From positions 224,001 through 288,000 of the forward strand of contig CBDCLE010000002.1 in assembly GCA_965218585.1 (NCBI GenBank): 64,000 nt of DNA, written 5' to 3'. Each line of letters starts with the position of its first letter. Positions within the stretch are counted from its first letter, which is position 1. Under the pieces are notes generated by a model. The model did no database searches, was not told where the DNA came from, and worked only from the letters and a program-made list of their open reading frames with translations. Of this stretch, positions 41,804-53,000 are shown in pieces. The position numbers and the translations under genes were made by a program. The stretch is from Terriglobia bacterium. GTDB taxonomy: Bacteria > Acidobacteriota > Terriglobia > 20CM-2-55-15.

Positions 41804-42844
41804 ATGATTCCCAGACGGTTGGCCGCTCTCGTCGTCTTGATTGTGTTCGGAGTGGGTTTGGCCCTGGCTCAGGGCCCGAGGCGGGACCTCGGCGAAGACG
41901 TTCCGCTGCCGCCACTTCCGGAACCGGAAGGTGCGTTGGATCTTGACGTCGAGGACCGATTCTCACTCTCCATCGACATCGAAGTCGTCAACGTAGATGT
42001 CGTGGTGACAGACAAGCGCGACAACCCCATCTCGGGACTGCAGAAGGAACATTTTCGGGTTTTCGTCGACGACGAAGAGCAGTTGGTGACGAACTTCAGT
42101 CCCACGGACACGCCACTGACGGTAGTAATCCTGCTCGAGTTCGGAGCGAACTTCACCTATTACTATGACGACGTAATCGGTCCTTCAGCCGGATTCATCC
42201 AGTCGCTGCGCGAGAATGACTGGGCAGCTATCGTCAAGTACGACATTCGGCCCGAAATCGTGACCGATTTCACGCAGAACGGGAACGAACTCTTCAATGG
42301 CCTCCGGAGCTTGCAGTTTCCGGGCTTCAGAGAGACATCGTTCTATGATGCTGTCGTCTTTACACTGCAGCGGATGGAAAACATCGAGGGAAAGAAAGCG
42401 ATCTTCCTGCTAACTAGCGGAATCGACACTTTCAGCAAGATAAACTACAACGAAATGCTCCGGGCAGCGGAAACCTCGAACACCATAATCTACCCTGTGG
42501 GCATGGGCGAAAACTTCATGCTCTTCAACGAAAATCGTATCAGTAACATCGCCCGCATGCAGATGCTCCAGGCAAGAAACGCCCTTCAGACGTTGGCCCG
42601 GTACACGGGTGGCACACACTTCTTCCCGCGGTTCCAGGGAGAATACCCAGGTATCTATGAAACCGTCAGCGTCCATCTGCGAAACCAGTACAGTCTCGGA
42701 TTCATACCTAGAGATCTCGAACAAGACGATGATTTGCGGGAACTCCGGATCGAAGCCGCGGACGTGGATGTCGACGGCGACGGCGAACCCGACGAGTTGG
42801 AAGTTCGCCACAAGAGAGGCTTCTACAATTCGATCGAAGAATAG
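41804..42844 (+). CDS. VWA-domain protein, acidobacterial type
   Basis: Signal peptide; VVNVDVVVTDK, TSFYDAV, KKAIFLLTSGIDTFS, LARYTGG, LRNQYSLGF. Confidence 0.85.
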   Translation: MIPRRLAALVVLIVFGVGLALAQGPRRDLGEDVPLPPLPEPEGALDLDVEDRFSLSIDIEVVNVDVVVTDKRDNPISGLQKEHFRVFVDDEEQLVTNFSPTDTPLTVVILLEFGANFTYYYDDVIGPSAGFIQSLRENDWAAIVKYDIRPEIVTDFTQNGNELFNGLRSLQFPGFRETSFYDAVVFTLQRMENIEGKKAIFLLTSGIDTFSKINYNEMLRAAETSNTIIYPVGMGENFMLFNENRISNIARMQMLQARNALQTLARYTGGTHFFPRFQGEYPGIYETVSVHLRNQYSLGFIPRDLEQDDDLRELRIEAADVDVDGDGEPDELEVRHKRGFYNSIEE

Positions 42845-42915
42845 CGCGATCTTCTTCGTCCATTTTCCAAGATCGACCCTTCCGGCCATCAATCTCCGCA
42901 ACTCGAGGATCACTG

Positions 42916-43722
42916 ATGACTCGTCGCCCCGCCGTAGCCGGAACGTTTTATCCGGAGGACCGTGAAGCGCTGGAAGAAACACTCCGCGGTGTAACGGACC
43001 CATCGGGGGAACGCGTCCACGCACGTGGCGTCGTCGTCCCCCACGCAGGCTACGTGTATTCGGGACATGTAGCTGGCGCCGTCTACTCCCAACTCCACCT
43101 TCCCGACCGTTTCATCATCCTGTGCCCTAACCACACCGGGCTTGGCCGGCCACTGGCCGTCATGGACTCCGGTGAATGGGAAACGCCTATGGGCAACGTT
43201 GCCATCGACGAAGACCTGGCGACGAGGCTGCTGGAACTGAATCCGGACCTCGAGGCAGACACCACGGCCCATATCTCCGAACACGCCCTGGAAGTCCAAC
43301 TGCCGTTTCTTCAGTTTCTGAAAGAGTCTGAGATTCAATTCGTCCCGATCACAGTAGGAAGATCCGATCTTGGCGCACTCGAACGCCTCGGTGAATCGAT
43401 GGCTCAGGTCGTCGATGCACATTCTGAAGAAATCCTGATTATCGCTTCGAGCGACATGAACCACTACGAAGCCGACGCGCCGACGCGCATCAAGGACAAG
43501 CGAGCGATTGACCGAATGCTGGAGCGCGATGCAAAGGGTCTCTACAACGTGGTGGTCTCGGAAGGAATTTCCATGTGCGGTTTCGGTCCAGCAACATCGA
43601 TGCTTGTGGCGGCCAACCGAATGGGCGCGTCCAATGCCGAACTGGTGCGATACGCAACGTCAGGAGACATCTTCGGGGATCGGGACCGTGTCGTGGGCTA
43701 TGCAGGGATCATCGTTTTGTAG
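42916..43722 (+). CDS. amrB: MEMO1-family (AmmeMemoRadiSam protein B)
   Basis: RRPAVAGTFYP, PHAGYVYSG, EHALEVQLPF, ASSDMNH, MCG, VVGYA. Confidence 0.92.
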   Translation: MTRRPAVAGTFYPEDREALEETLRGVTDPSGERVHARGVVVPHAGYVYSGHVAGAVYSQLHLPDRFIILCPNHTGLGRPLAVMDSGEWETPMGNVAIDEDLATRLLELNPDLEADTTAHISEHALEVQLPFLQFLKESEIQFVPITVGRSDLGALERLGESMAQVVDAHSEEILIIASSDMNHYEADAPTRIKDKRAIDRMLERDAKGLYNVVVSEGISMCGFGPATSMLVAANRMGASNAELVRYATSGDIFGDRDRVVGYAGIIVL

Positions 43723-43770
43723 ACCCGGTCACCACAGAGACGCAGAGTCCACGAAGATCACGAGGTTTAA

Positions 43771-44418
43771 CTATCTTTGGCCGCGGACGGGCGGATTTGC
43801 GACAGGTGGAGTCGCGGGGGGGACGCCGTACGGGAAAGGTTGGGGGTATCCCACGTAGATATTCGGGAAGTAGGGATAGCTTTCTTCTTCGCTTCTGCGG
43901 CGTATCGTGGAGCCGGCCTGATAGACGCGAGCGGCGCGCGCTCCGGGAGCTCTAAAGACGACGGCGTCTGTGTTCACGTTTTCCATCGTCAAACCTCCAG
44001 ATAACACCTGAAGGATGATGCCGCTGCCGGAGAGTTCGAAATCGGCTTCACCCGGCGCTTCCGATACCAGAAAGTCACCCACAGAGGACTCGACTCGAAG
44101 AGACCAGGCATCTGTCCGGACACGGACCCGCCCCTGCTCCAGCCGAATCGACGGCAGAGCGTCCAGAGATTCCAACCCGACTACGGAATCGGGGGACAGC
44201 GTCAAACGGATTCCCGGCTCCACGTCAATCACCACGAAAGACGCCGGACCTGTCCGAATCCTATCGCCTTCCTCCAGCGGCTCGGAAACAGACCGGCTCT
44301 GGAAAGAGAGATCGGTGATCTCAATACTGTTACCCCTGGCAACTATTCTGGCCGACTCCTGCCCAAAGGCAGGCGACCCAAGCGAGAAGGCAAGTAATGT
44401 AACTAGAGTTCGAATCAC
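43771..44418 (-). CDS. Exported FecR-like domain protein with Pro/Tyr-rich tail
   Basis: Signal peptide; LEEGDRIRTG...LSPDS...LEQGRV pattern. Confidence 0.6.
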   Translation of the reverse strand: MIRTLVTLLAFSLGSPAFGQESARIVARGNSIEITDLSFQSRSVSEPLEEGDRIRTGPASFVVIDVEPGIRLTLSPDSVVGLESLDALPSIRLEQGRVRVRTDAWSLRVESSVGDFLVSEAPGEADFELSGSGIILQVLSGGLTMENVNTDAVVFRAPGARAARVYQAGSTIRRRSEEESYPYFPNIYVGYPQPFPYGVPPATPPVANPPVRGQR

Positions 44419-44433
44419 GTTAATTCCTGTCGT

Positions 44434-45078
44434 TCAGTCCAGTGCTTCAATGTCTTCCTTCAATCGCGTTGCCGTCGTCCGCGCATAGTTCACTATGCGG
44501 GCGTCGGCCGCTATGCGCTCGAGCATCGGAATCAGCCGGGGGGCATCGGCCAGCCTGTCGCGGCCCAGGTCCCTTTCGATCTGATCCAGCCGCCCCGGAA
44601 TACCCAATCGATCGAACTCTAGCGCAGTCTCGATATCGAGCAGGAGCATCTCCTGCGTAATCAGCCGGTCGAAAAATCCCGTCAGTTCGGTAACTTCAAT
44701 ACGGGTCGCAAGGTAAAAGCTCGCTTCCCGGGTTCCCTGGGGGCCTTCCAGGACCATGTTCTTGCGACCGACGCTCAGCACTTCCCGCCCGGAATCGTAC
44801 TCGTCTGCCTCAGCCAGATAGTCGGTTCCGGCCAGCAGATCTATGAACTTACGGGTTCCTGAAACCGACAGATCGAGCCCCACATCTACTGTATCGGCAT
44901 CGGCGTACATGAGCATGAAGGTTCCTTCGCCCGAAGCGTCTAACCTTATGCATTGAACATCGCCGGTTCCACCGAGACCGTCGCGGCAAAAGCTGAAACT
45001 CGTAAAGTCACCCTGTGGTAAGAGCGCCAGAAGCGAAAAAAGCAGAAGACTAGTCAAGGTTGGCTGTCGCCTCCTCAA
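44434..45078 (-). CDS. Exported hypothetical protein
   Basis: 214-aa co-oriented ORF with signal peptide, in the yebC-ruvC operon. Confidence 0.65.
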   Translation of the reverse strand: MRRRQPTLTSLLLFSLLALLPQGDFTSFSFCRDGLGGTGDVQCIRLDASGEGTFMLMYADADTVDVGLDLSVSGTRKFIDLLAGTDYLAEADEYDSGREVLSVGRKNMVLEGPQGTREASFYLATRIEVTELTGFFDRLITQEMLLLDIETALEFDRLGIPGRLDQIERDLGRDRLADAPRLIPMLERIAADARIVNYARTTATRLKEDIEALD

Positions 45079-45548
45079 ATCGGTAACTCTGCGCGTGGCA
45101 GATCGCTACCGCCAATGCATCGGACGCATCATGAGGTTCCGGAACTTCGGCGAGCCGCAGCAGGGATTTCACCATCTGCTGAACCTGCGCCTTCTCGGCC
45201 CGGCCGTAACCGGTTACCGCACTCTTCACCTGTAGAGCGGAATACTCGTGCACGGGAAGTCCTGCCTGTGCCGCCGCAAACATAGAGACGCCTCTCACGT
45301 GACCGAGTTTGAGCGCGCTCTGCGCGTTAGCTGCATGGAAAACGCTCTCAAAGACTGCCACGTCAGGTGTGTGGTCTCGAATTACTTCCTGGAGGGCAGC
45401 ATGTATGGACTGAAGACGGAGAGCGAGCGGGTCGGCCACCTTGGTTTTGATTGCGCCACAATCGATGTAGCGACACCTGTCCAGCCCCCGTTTCGACAAC
45501 GCCGTACCCCGTCACACGGGAACCGCAATCTACTCCAAGGATGCGCAT
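45050..45548 (-). CDS. ruvC: Holliday junction resolvase, frameshift near 45490
   Basis: MRILGVDCGSRVTGYGVV, then ESVF, KLGHVRG, VTGYGRAEKAQV, DASDALAVAICH. Confidence 0.93.
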
Positions 45549-45563
45549 AGGCAGAACTCGCCG

Positions 45564-46310
45564 CTAAACAACCCCCGCCATTTCCGACTCTTCGATGTCG
45601 AAGTTTGCGTGGATGTTCTGTACGTCTTCGTGATCGTCGAGCACGTCCATCAGCTTGGTCATCTGCTGGGCGGGTTTGCCCTCGAGCTTGATGTAGTTCT
45701 GCGGAATCATCGATAGCTCTGCCGTAGTAGGCTCGATGCCGCTCTTTTTGAGTCCTTCCAGCACTTCGTCAAACGACTCCGGCTCAGTCAGGATTTCGTA
45801 CTGATCTTCCTGTGCCGAAAAGTCTTCCGCACCCGCCTCGATCGCCGCATTCATCGCTGTTTCTTCGTCCACGTCTCCGGCTGGAACGAGAATGTAGCCA
45901 CGCTTTGTGAACATCCAGGCTACACATCCGTTTTCACCGAGGTTTCCACCATGCTTACTGAAAGTATGACGAATTTCACCCACGGTACGGTTCCGATTGT
46001 CTGTCATCACCTCGACCATCACCGCGACACCGCCGGGTCCGTATCCTTCGTAAACGATCTCCTCGATCGAAGTGCCTTCGAGTTCTCCAGTCCCCTTCAT
46101 GATGGCCCGTTTGATGTTGTCCGCGGGCATGTTGAGGCCCTTGGCGTCGGAAACAGCCTTGCGCAACTGGGGGTTCCCTTCAGGATCTCCGCCTCCGGTA
46201 CGCGCCGCGACTGTAATTTCCTTGATCACCTTCGTGAACGCTTTCCCACGCTTGGCGTCGGTCGCCGCCTTTTTATGCTTGATGCTGGCCCACTTCGAAT
46301 GGCCGGACAT
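45564..46310 (-). CDS. yebC: YebC/PmpR-family protein
   Basis: [29 protein letters not shown]. Confidence 0.97.
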   Translation of the reverse strand: MSGHSKWASIKHKKAATDAKRGKAFTKVIKEITVAARTGGGDPEGNPQLRKAVSDAKGLNMPADNIKRAIMKGTGELEGTSIEEIVYEGYGPGGVAVMVEVMTDNRNRTVGEIRHTFSKHGGNLGENGCVAWMFTKRGYILVPAGDVDEETAMNAAIEAGAEDFSAQEDQYEILTEPESFDEVLEGLKKSGIEPTTAELSMIPQNYIKLEGKPAQQMTKLMDVLDDHEDVQNIHANFDIEESEMAGVV

Positions 46311-46484
46311 AGTGACTCCCTATACAAATCCGGTAGCGGCGTCTTCAGAACGGCGCCACCACTCGAATTTCGCTATCAGTTTAGCATAGAGGGAATCGGA
46401 GAAAGGGAGGGTTATCTACTGTGCTTGTTGGGAGTTATAGACCGAACGGGCCAGTTCACAACCGGCCCGTTCGGGAGGCTCTTC

Positions 46485-47387
46485 TTAAGGGTTCGGAGCG
46501 ATAGGATCGGTGACGTCGGCGTCCACGTCGTCCTCGACCGCGTCACCGAATGTAAGAGTCACATCTGACGCGAACTCCTTGTAGTTTTCATACCGGATGA
46601 CCTGACGGATACGTCGGGGACCCGTAGAAAAATTCAGCGTGTCGACGGCCCGGGTATAGGTTGGGAACCAGTAGTCGTCGATCTGCTCCCGGTAGGTCTC
46701 GAAACGTGGAAACAGATTCTCCTGGTCGCCATCTATGATATCGGGAACGGCCTTGCCAAACGTCTTTACGATCTGCAGGTCAAGATCGTCGACCCAGATC
46801 TGCCCTTCAAAATAACGCTCGCCCTCTTCCAGTGTTCTTGGCCCGACCTGGAAAACATACGTATCGATCTCATCGATCAATTCCTTGCCCAGATATTCGA
46901 CATCGTAAAGGTGCAGCTCTTCCGTCGTCAGAACGAAAGGCTGGATGTCACGAATGTCGTCCAGATCCTGCGGCGTGAGCTGAATGCCCTGGAGCGTACT
47001 CTGCGGTGCGAAGATGACTTTCTCGGTCCGCTCCCGACCTCCGGGCGCGAAAAGAATGTCGCTCACCATCCTGTATTCACCGATTGCCCGGTCCCGGGCG
47101 TTCAGTTCCTGAACCGTCACGTCCTGGCGATACGTGTAGTTGCCACGCGCCACCCTGAACTCCGATTCCTTGCTGGCAAACTGTTCGATGATTTCCTCGA
47201 CAGGAATAGGGGGTTGCTCGTCCCGCAATCCACCGTCCTGTGCACCGGCCGGGATCGGTACGCTTATCAGAAAGGTGACCAACAAGCTGAACAGAAAGGG
47301 CGTTATCCTTCTTGCGTATATCATTCGGATCTTCTCCTCCAGCATCTCAACTCCATTTTCGTGGCGTTGGGAGGTTCCGCCCTCCAA
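46485..47387 (-). CDS. Exported hypothetical protein (beta-rich)
   Basis: Signal-like segment; YFEGQIWVDD and YWFPTYT motifs; 300-aa ORF, start uncertain. Confidence 0.7.
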   Translation of the reverse strand: MEGGTSQRHENGVEMLEEKIRMIYARRITPFLFSLLVTFLISVPIPAGAQDGGLRDEQPPIPVEEIIEQFASKESEFRVARGNYTYRQDVTVQELNARDRAIGEYRMVSDILFAPGGRERTEKVIFAPQSTLQGIQLTPQDLDDIRDIQPFVLTTEELHLYDVEYLGKELIDEIDTYVFQVGPRTLEEGERYFEGQIWVDDLDLQIVKTFGKAVPDIIDGDQENLFPRFETYREQIDDYWFPTYTRAVDTLNFSTGPRRIRQVIRYENYKEFASDVTLTFGDAVEDDVDADVTDPIAPNP

Positions 47388-47617
47388 CTGCCACTCCGTA
47401 AGTAGCCGACTGTTGATTTAGAACGTCAAACCAAATACGCTAACCGGTTTAGACGAGCGATCGGCACACACGTTTAAACCCGAATATTATCTGGAAAAAT
47501 GGGGGACTGACACCCTTTTTCGAGCGGAAGCCGTATGACAGTCTGTGGGTCCCTTTTTGCCCGAAGGCCAGCGATCTCATTCCAGCCTCACTCCAGTAAG
47601 ATCTGGCTGCGCAGTTC

Positions 47618-48714
47618 ATGAAAGTACCTTTCTTCGACCTCAAAAGACAACTGGGGCCATTCGGGACGAGCTCGGCGAAGCGCTAATGGAAGTCATTGAT
47701 TCCCAGAGATTTTATATTAGGGCCAGCAGTTGAAAAGGCAGAAGCTGAGGTGGCAGCAAAGCTATCTGCCGAGCAGGCCATTGGGGTCGCAAACGGGTCG
47801 GATGCCCTCATGCTCGCTCTCATGGCCGCCGAAATCGGGCCCGGCGCGGAGGTCATCGTTCCGGCATTCAGCTTCTTTTCAACAGCCTCTTCGGCTGTCA
47901 GGCTTGGCGCCCGCGTCGTCTTTGCTGACATCGATTTTCAGACCTTCCAGATCGATCCGGATGAAATCCGCAGAAAGATAACTCCCCGGACGCGGGCCGT
48001 GATCGCCACCCATCTTTTCGGCGACTGCGCCGACATGCTTCGAATCCAGACGATCGCGGCGGATCACGGCATTCTCATCATCGAAGACGTAGCCCAGGCG
48101 TTCGGAGCAACACATCGGGGGAGAACGGCCGGGACGATGGGCTTCTGCGGTTGCCTCTCTTTCTATCCGACCAAGAACCTTGCGGCGATCGGTGATGCCG
48201 GCATGGTCGTCACGCAAGACTCCCAGACCGCCGAACGACTCCGTCTGCTTCGCGCTCACGGCCTCGAGAACGGTTACGAGCACAACCTGCCGGGGATCAA
48301 CAGCCGTCTGGACTCCCTGCAGGCGGCTGCCATATCGGTCCGGCTCCCCTACGTGGACGGATGGAACGAAAGGCGCCGCCAGACGGCAAAACGTTATTCG
48401 GCGGGTCTTCGAGGTATGGTGACACTTCCGATGCCTCCCGAACACAATGAAGCCGTATACAATCAGTTTGTGATTCGGACTTCCGAGAGGGACGCACTTA
48501 GAGAATTTTTGTCGGGACACGGGATCGGAACCGAGATCTACTATCCCATTCCCCTGCATCTCCAAAAGGTCTGGGCGCGGTCTGTGGATCTCCTGGAGAC
48601 TTCCCGCGGGCGGAGGAATCAGCTCGGACATGTCTGGCGCTGCCGATATTTCCGGAGCTCGAGGAGGAAGAGATCGACTACGTGATCGAAAAGATTCGGG
48701 AGTTTTTCGAATGA
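47618..48714 (+). CDS. DegT/DnrJ/EryC1/StrS aminotransferase (WbpE-like), frameshifted
   Basis: [11 protein letters not shown] start; [15 protein letters not shown] (PLP Lys), [20 protein letters not shown]-terminal LPIFPEL in another frame; ATGA overlap with the next gene. Confidence 0.87.
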
Positions 48715-50034
48715 TCCGCGACGAACTCATCGGGAAGATCGAGTCCCGTGACGCCGTAGTTGGCGTCGTCGGCCTTGGGTATGTCGGTCTTCCACTCGTC
48801 CTCCGGTTCGGAGAAGTCGGATTCCATGTCGTGGGTTTCGATGTCGACCCCAGCAAAGTTGAGCAGCTCAACAAGGGTCAATCCTATATCGGACATGTTG
48901 AAGAAACCCGCGTCTTCGGGCTTCGCGACAGTGGCCGATTCGAAGCCACGTCGGATTTCTCGAAACTCGCCCAAGCCGACTGCGTGATCATATGCGTACC
49001 TACACCGCTCAACGGCAATCGCGAACCCGACATGCAATACGTAACGACGACGGCTGCCGCCGTCGGCAAGACGCTTCGCGACGGGCAGTTAGTGGTGCTC
49101 GAAAGCACGACGTATCCGGGAACGACGCGAGAGGTGTTGCTCGAAGGCTTCAAAGACTCGGGCCTCGAGGTCGGGAACAACTACTTCCTGGCCTACTCGC
49201 CCGAGCGCGAGGACCCCGGCAACACGAGTTACTCTACTCAGACAATCCCCAAGGTCGTAGGCGGAACAACCGATAACTGTCTGTCGGTAGCGAAAGCTTT
49301 GTATGGACAGGTGATCGACGAACTCGTTCCCGTGTCTTCGACAGACACAGCCGAGTTGGTCAAGCTTCTCGAAAATATCTACCGCTCGGTCAATATCGCG
49401 CTGGTCAACGAACTGAAGCTTCTGTGCGACCGGATGGACATCGACGTCTGGGAAGTGATTGATGCCGCCAAGACAAAACCCTTTGGTTTTACTCCCTTCT
49501 ATCCTGGCCCCGGTCTGGGAGGTCATTGCATTCCGATCGATCCATTCTATCTGGCCTGGAAGGCCCGAGAACATGGCTTTGCGGCGCGTTTTATCGAACT
49601 CGCCGGAGAGGTCAACACGGCCATTCCCAGGTATGTCGTCGAAAAGATCGCCTGGGGCCTTAACGACCACGGCAAGTCAATCCGCGGCGCCAAGATCTTA
49701 ATCCTGGGCGTCGCCTACAAGAAGGATGTAGACGACACACGGGAATCGCCCGCGATGGAAATCATGCGCCCTTCTAAAGGAAAAAGGTGCAGAAATCGCC
49801 TACCACGATCCGTTCGTCTCGCAGCTTTACACGATGCGACATTACGATTTTTCAGACTTGTCTTCGGTCGAACTAACCGAGGGTCTGCTCAAGGATCAAG
49901 ACGCCGTCGTGATCGCGACAGACCACTCGAAGATCGACTACGGGTGGATCGTGAATCACTCAGGACTTGTCATCGACACGCGGAACGCGACGCGGAAGGT
50001 GAAGGAAGGCCGCGAAAAAATCGTTCTCGCCTAA
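48711..50034 (+). CDS. UDP-N-acetyl-hexosamine 6-dehydrogenase (WbpA/WecC-like), frameshift near 49770
   Basis: [45 protein letters not shown]; tail ATDH...DTRN in ORF 49834-50034. Confidence 0.9.
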
Positions 50035-50093
50035 CCACCGCTTTCATCGAAGCCGATCGATTTCCAACTTCTTGGACCGCGGATAGCGCCCAG

Positions 50094-53000
50094 TTATTCG
50101 TCTTCGTTCAGCTTGCGCACCTGATGGTTGGACCCACCTGAGACAAAGAGCTGCGTACCGTCGCCCCAGATCGTCTGTGGACTATTGAAGCCGGGCGCTG
50201 GAGCCGGAACCAACGGCAACAAAACCGGCGTTGCCGGCAGAACCGGCAGGAGTAATGACGGCTGCACTGGAAATCGCAACCTGTCGGATGACATGATTAG
50301 ACAGATCCACAACATACAGATTCGTCCCGTCGCCCCAGACACTGTGTGGGAAATTAAACTTGGCTCCGGTTCCCGTTCCGTTATTCGATCCGGACGTGCC
50401 GGACACGCCGGCAAACGTTGTTACGGCTTGATTGGAAATGACGATCTTCCGGATCGTGTGATTCCCGCCCTCGGTCACGTAGAGGTTCGTGTTGTCGCCC
50501 CAGATGCCGAGCGGGAGGTTGAAGAGCGCGGATGTACCGCTGGCATCGGTCGATCCGCTTGTGCCGGACTGGCCCGCAAACGTCGTTACGACTCCGGAAG
50601 ATACGACGATCTTGCGGATTGAGTGATTGTCCTTGTCGGCAATATAGAGTGTCGCTGCATCACCCCAAAGCGCGTGTGGAGCATTGAAGAAAGCAGCCGT
50701 CCCCGTACCGTCGGTGGTTCCTGAAGTTCCCGCGGTTCCGGCCAGAGTCGTCACGACTCCGGTCGAAATCACGATCTTTCGTATCGTGTGATTCCCCGTG
50801 TCGGTTGCGTAGAGATTACCCAGGCCATCTCCCCACAGGCCTTCCGGAAAACTGAATCTAGCCGCTGAACCCGTCCCGTCCGTCGTTCCGGAGCTACCCG
50901 CCGTCCCGGCCAGCGTCGTCGTGGCACCACCCGATATCACGATCTTGCGGATCGTGTGGTTGTTGGTATCCGAAACGTAGAGGTTGCCCTGACCGTCGCC
51001 CCACGTTCCACCCGGGAACTTGAATCGAGCCTTATCACCGGACGCGTCCGTCGAACCACTCTTGGGATTCGGGCTCCCGGCCAGCGTCGTGAAGGAAACC
51101 GAGGTGAGATCGGTTTGTCGTATCGCATGATTGAGCTGTTCCGTGACGTAGAGCTTGTTGCCGGCGCCGAAGAGATAGCTGGGATTGTCGAATTGCACCG
51201 TGCTGGCGTTGCCGTTGACGAAGCCGGCACTCCCAGTGCCCGCGAACGTCGATACAGTAGCCGACGAGATTACAATCTTCCGGATCACGTCGTTTCCAGT
51301 GCCAGCGACGAAGAGATTTCCGGAACCGTCGTACCAGATCCCCCCTAGAGATCTAAATTGGGCCGTCGCGCCGACACCCTCGACGTAACCGCCGGAGGGT
51401 GAGAATGATCCAGCCACAGACGTCACTTCAGTGGTCGAGATGACGATCTTCCGGATCTTCTTGTTCCCGGAGTCCGCAATGTACAGATTGCCCGCCCCGT
51501 CACCTGTCACGCCGGCCACGAAATTGAACTTCGCGGAAGTCCCGGTAATATTATCGACTTCACCCTGCGAGGAACCCGCCAGCGTCGTCACCGTTGCCGT
51601 CGAAATTACAATCTGGCGGATCAGATAGTTGTTACCGTCAGCGATAAAGAGATTGCCGGTGTCGTCACCCCAGAGCCCCTGTGGGAAGCGGAACTGCGCC
51701 GAAGCTCCAACCCCGTTTCCGCTGCCGGCACTCCCCGAGCCGGCCAGCGTCGTCACGACGCCGGTCGAGATTACGACCTTCCGGACGGCGTGGTTATCTT
51801 TATCCACGACGTAGAGGTTGCCGGACCCGTCGCCCCAAACACCGGTCGGTTGGTTGAACCGGGCTGCAGAGCCCGTATCGTTGACTAACCCTGTTTGACC
51901 CGGTGAACCCGCCAGCGTCGTGACCACGCCTGACGAAATCACAACCTTGCGAATCGTGTGGTTGAATTTGTCCGCGACATAAAGGTTCGTGCTGTCGGCC
52001 CAGACACCGGCCGGCTGGTTAAACGCTGCCGTCGGTCCCGTCCCGTCTTCACTGCCGAAGCCCTTGCTGCCCGCCAGCGTCTCCACCTGAAATGTGCCGG
52101 CGCTGGCGATCGCGCTGGAATTGATCGTGAAGTTGGATGTGTTACTCGAGCCCGAAGTCGTGACCGAGACGGTTCGGGTACCGGTGGCACCACTCAGGAT
52201 CAGTACGGCTGTGATCTGCGTCGCGGAGTCGATCGTAAAACCGGAAACGTAGGCACCTGTTCCGCTGACATTGACCGCGGTCCCTGAGAAGTTTGTGCCT
52301 GTGATCGTGACCGGAACGGTGGCGCCCTGTTTGCCGGATGTCGGACTGATGCTGGTGATCGTGGGGGCGGCAAGCACAACCGTGAACGTCTGCGACCCAC
52401 TTGTTCCGGCTCCCGTTGTGACGGTCACCGTGCGGCCACTGAGTGTCGCTCCGCTGCCAACCGTGAACGTCGCTGTCAGCGAGGTCGTACTCGTTACATT
52501 CACACTCGATACCGCCACGTCAGAACCGGACACTGCTACGGTCGTACCCCCCGAAACAAAACCTGTTCCGGTCAGTGTGACGGCCACGGCCGCTCCCCGT
52601 GCTCCCGAACTCGGACTGACGCTGGTCAATGTCGGTGTGCCGGTGACGACCACAGTCCTCGTAACAGCTAAGATCTGGGTACTCGGATTTGCTTTCTCGA
52701 AGATGAATCCGTTCGGAATCGTGTTCGTACCGTCATGAACGGTCGGCTGCGGTGTGGGAGTCAGGGCGCCGGTGCCGCTCTGAAGGCCGGAATTGTCGAC
52801 CCAGCCGGAAAACGCCGTAACTTCGTTCGTCGACATCCGCATGCGACGAATCACATGGTTGCGGTCATCCACAATGTAGAGATACGTCGCGTCGCCAAAG
52901 ATCGCGTTGGGGAAATCGAACCTTGCTACAGTGCCCACGCCGTCCGCAAAACCGCTGGTTCCTTTCAGACCGGCCAACGTCGTCACAGCGCCGGTCGCAA

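Noticed and set aside
46442-46473. Hairpin ccgaacgggcc/ggcccgttcgg as an intrinsic terminator (similar hairpin at 62944-62970)
   Set aside because: Strong stems but no clear U-tract on either strand, so not called.
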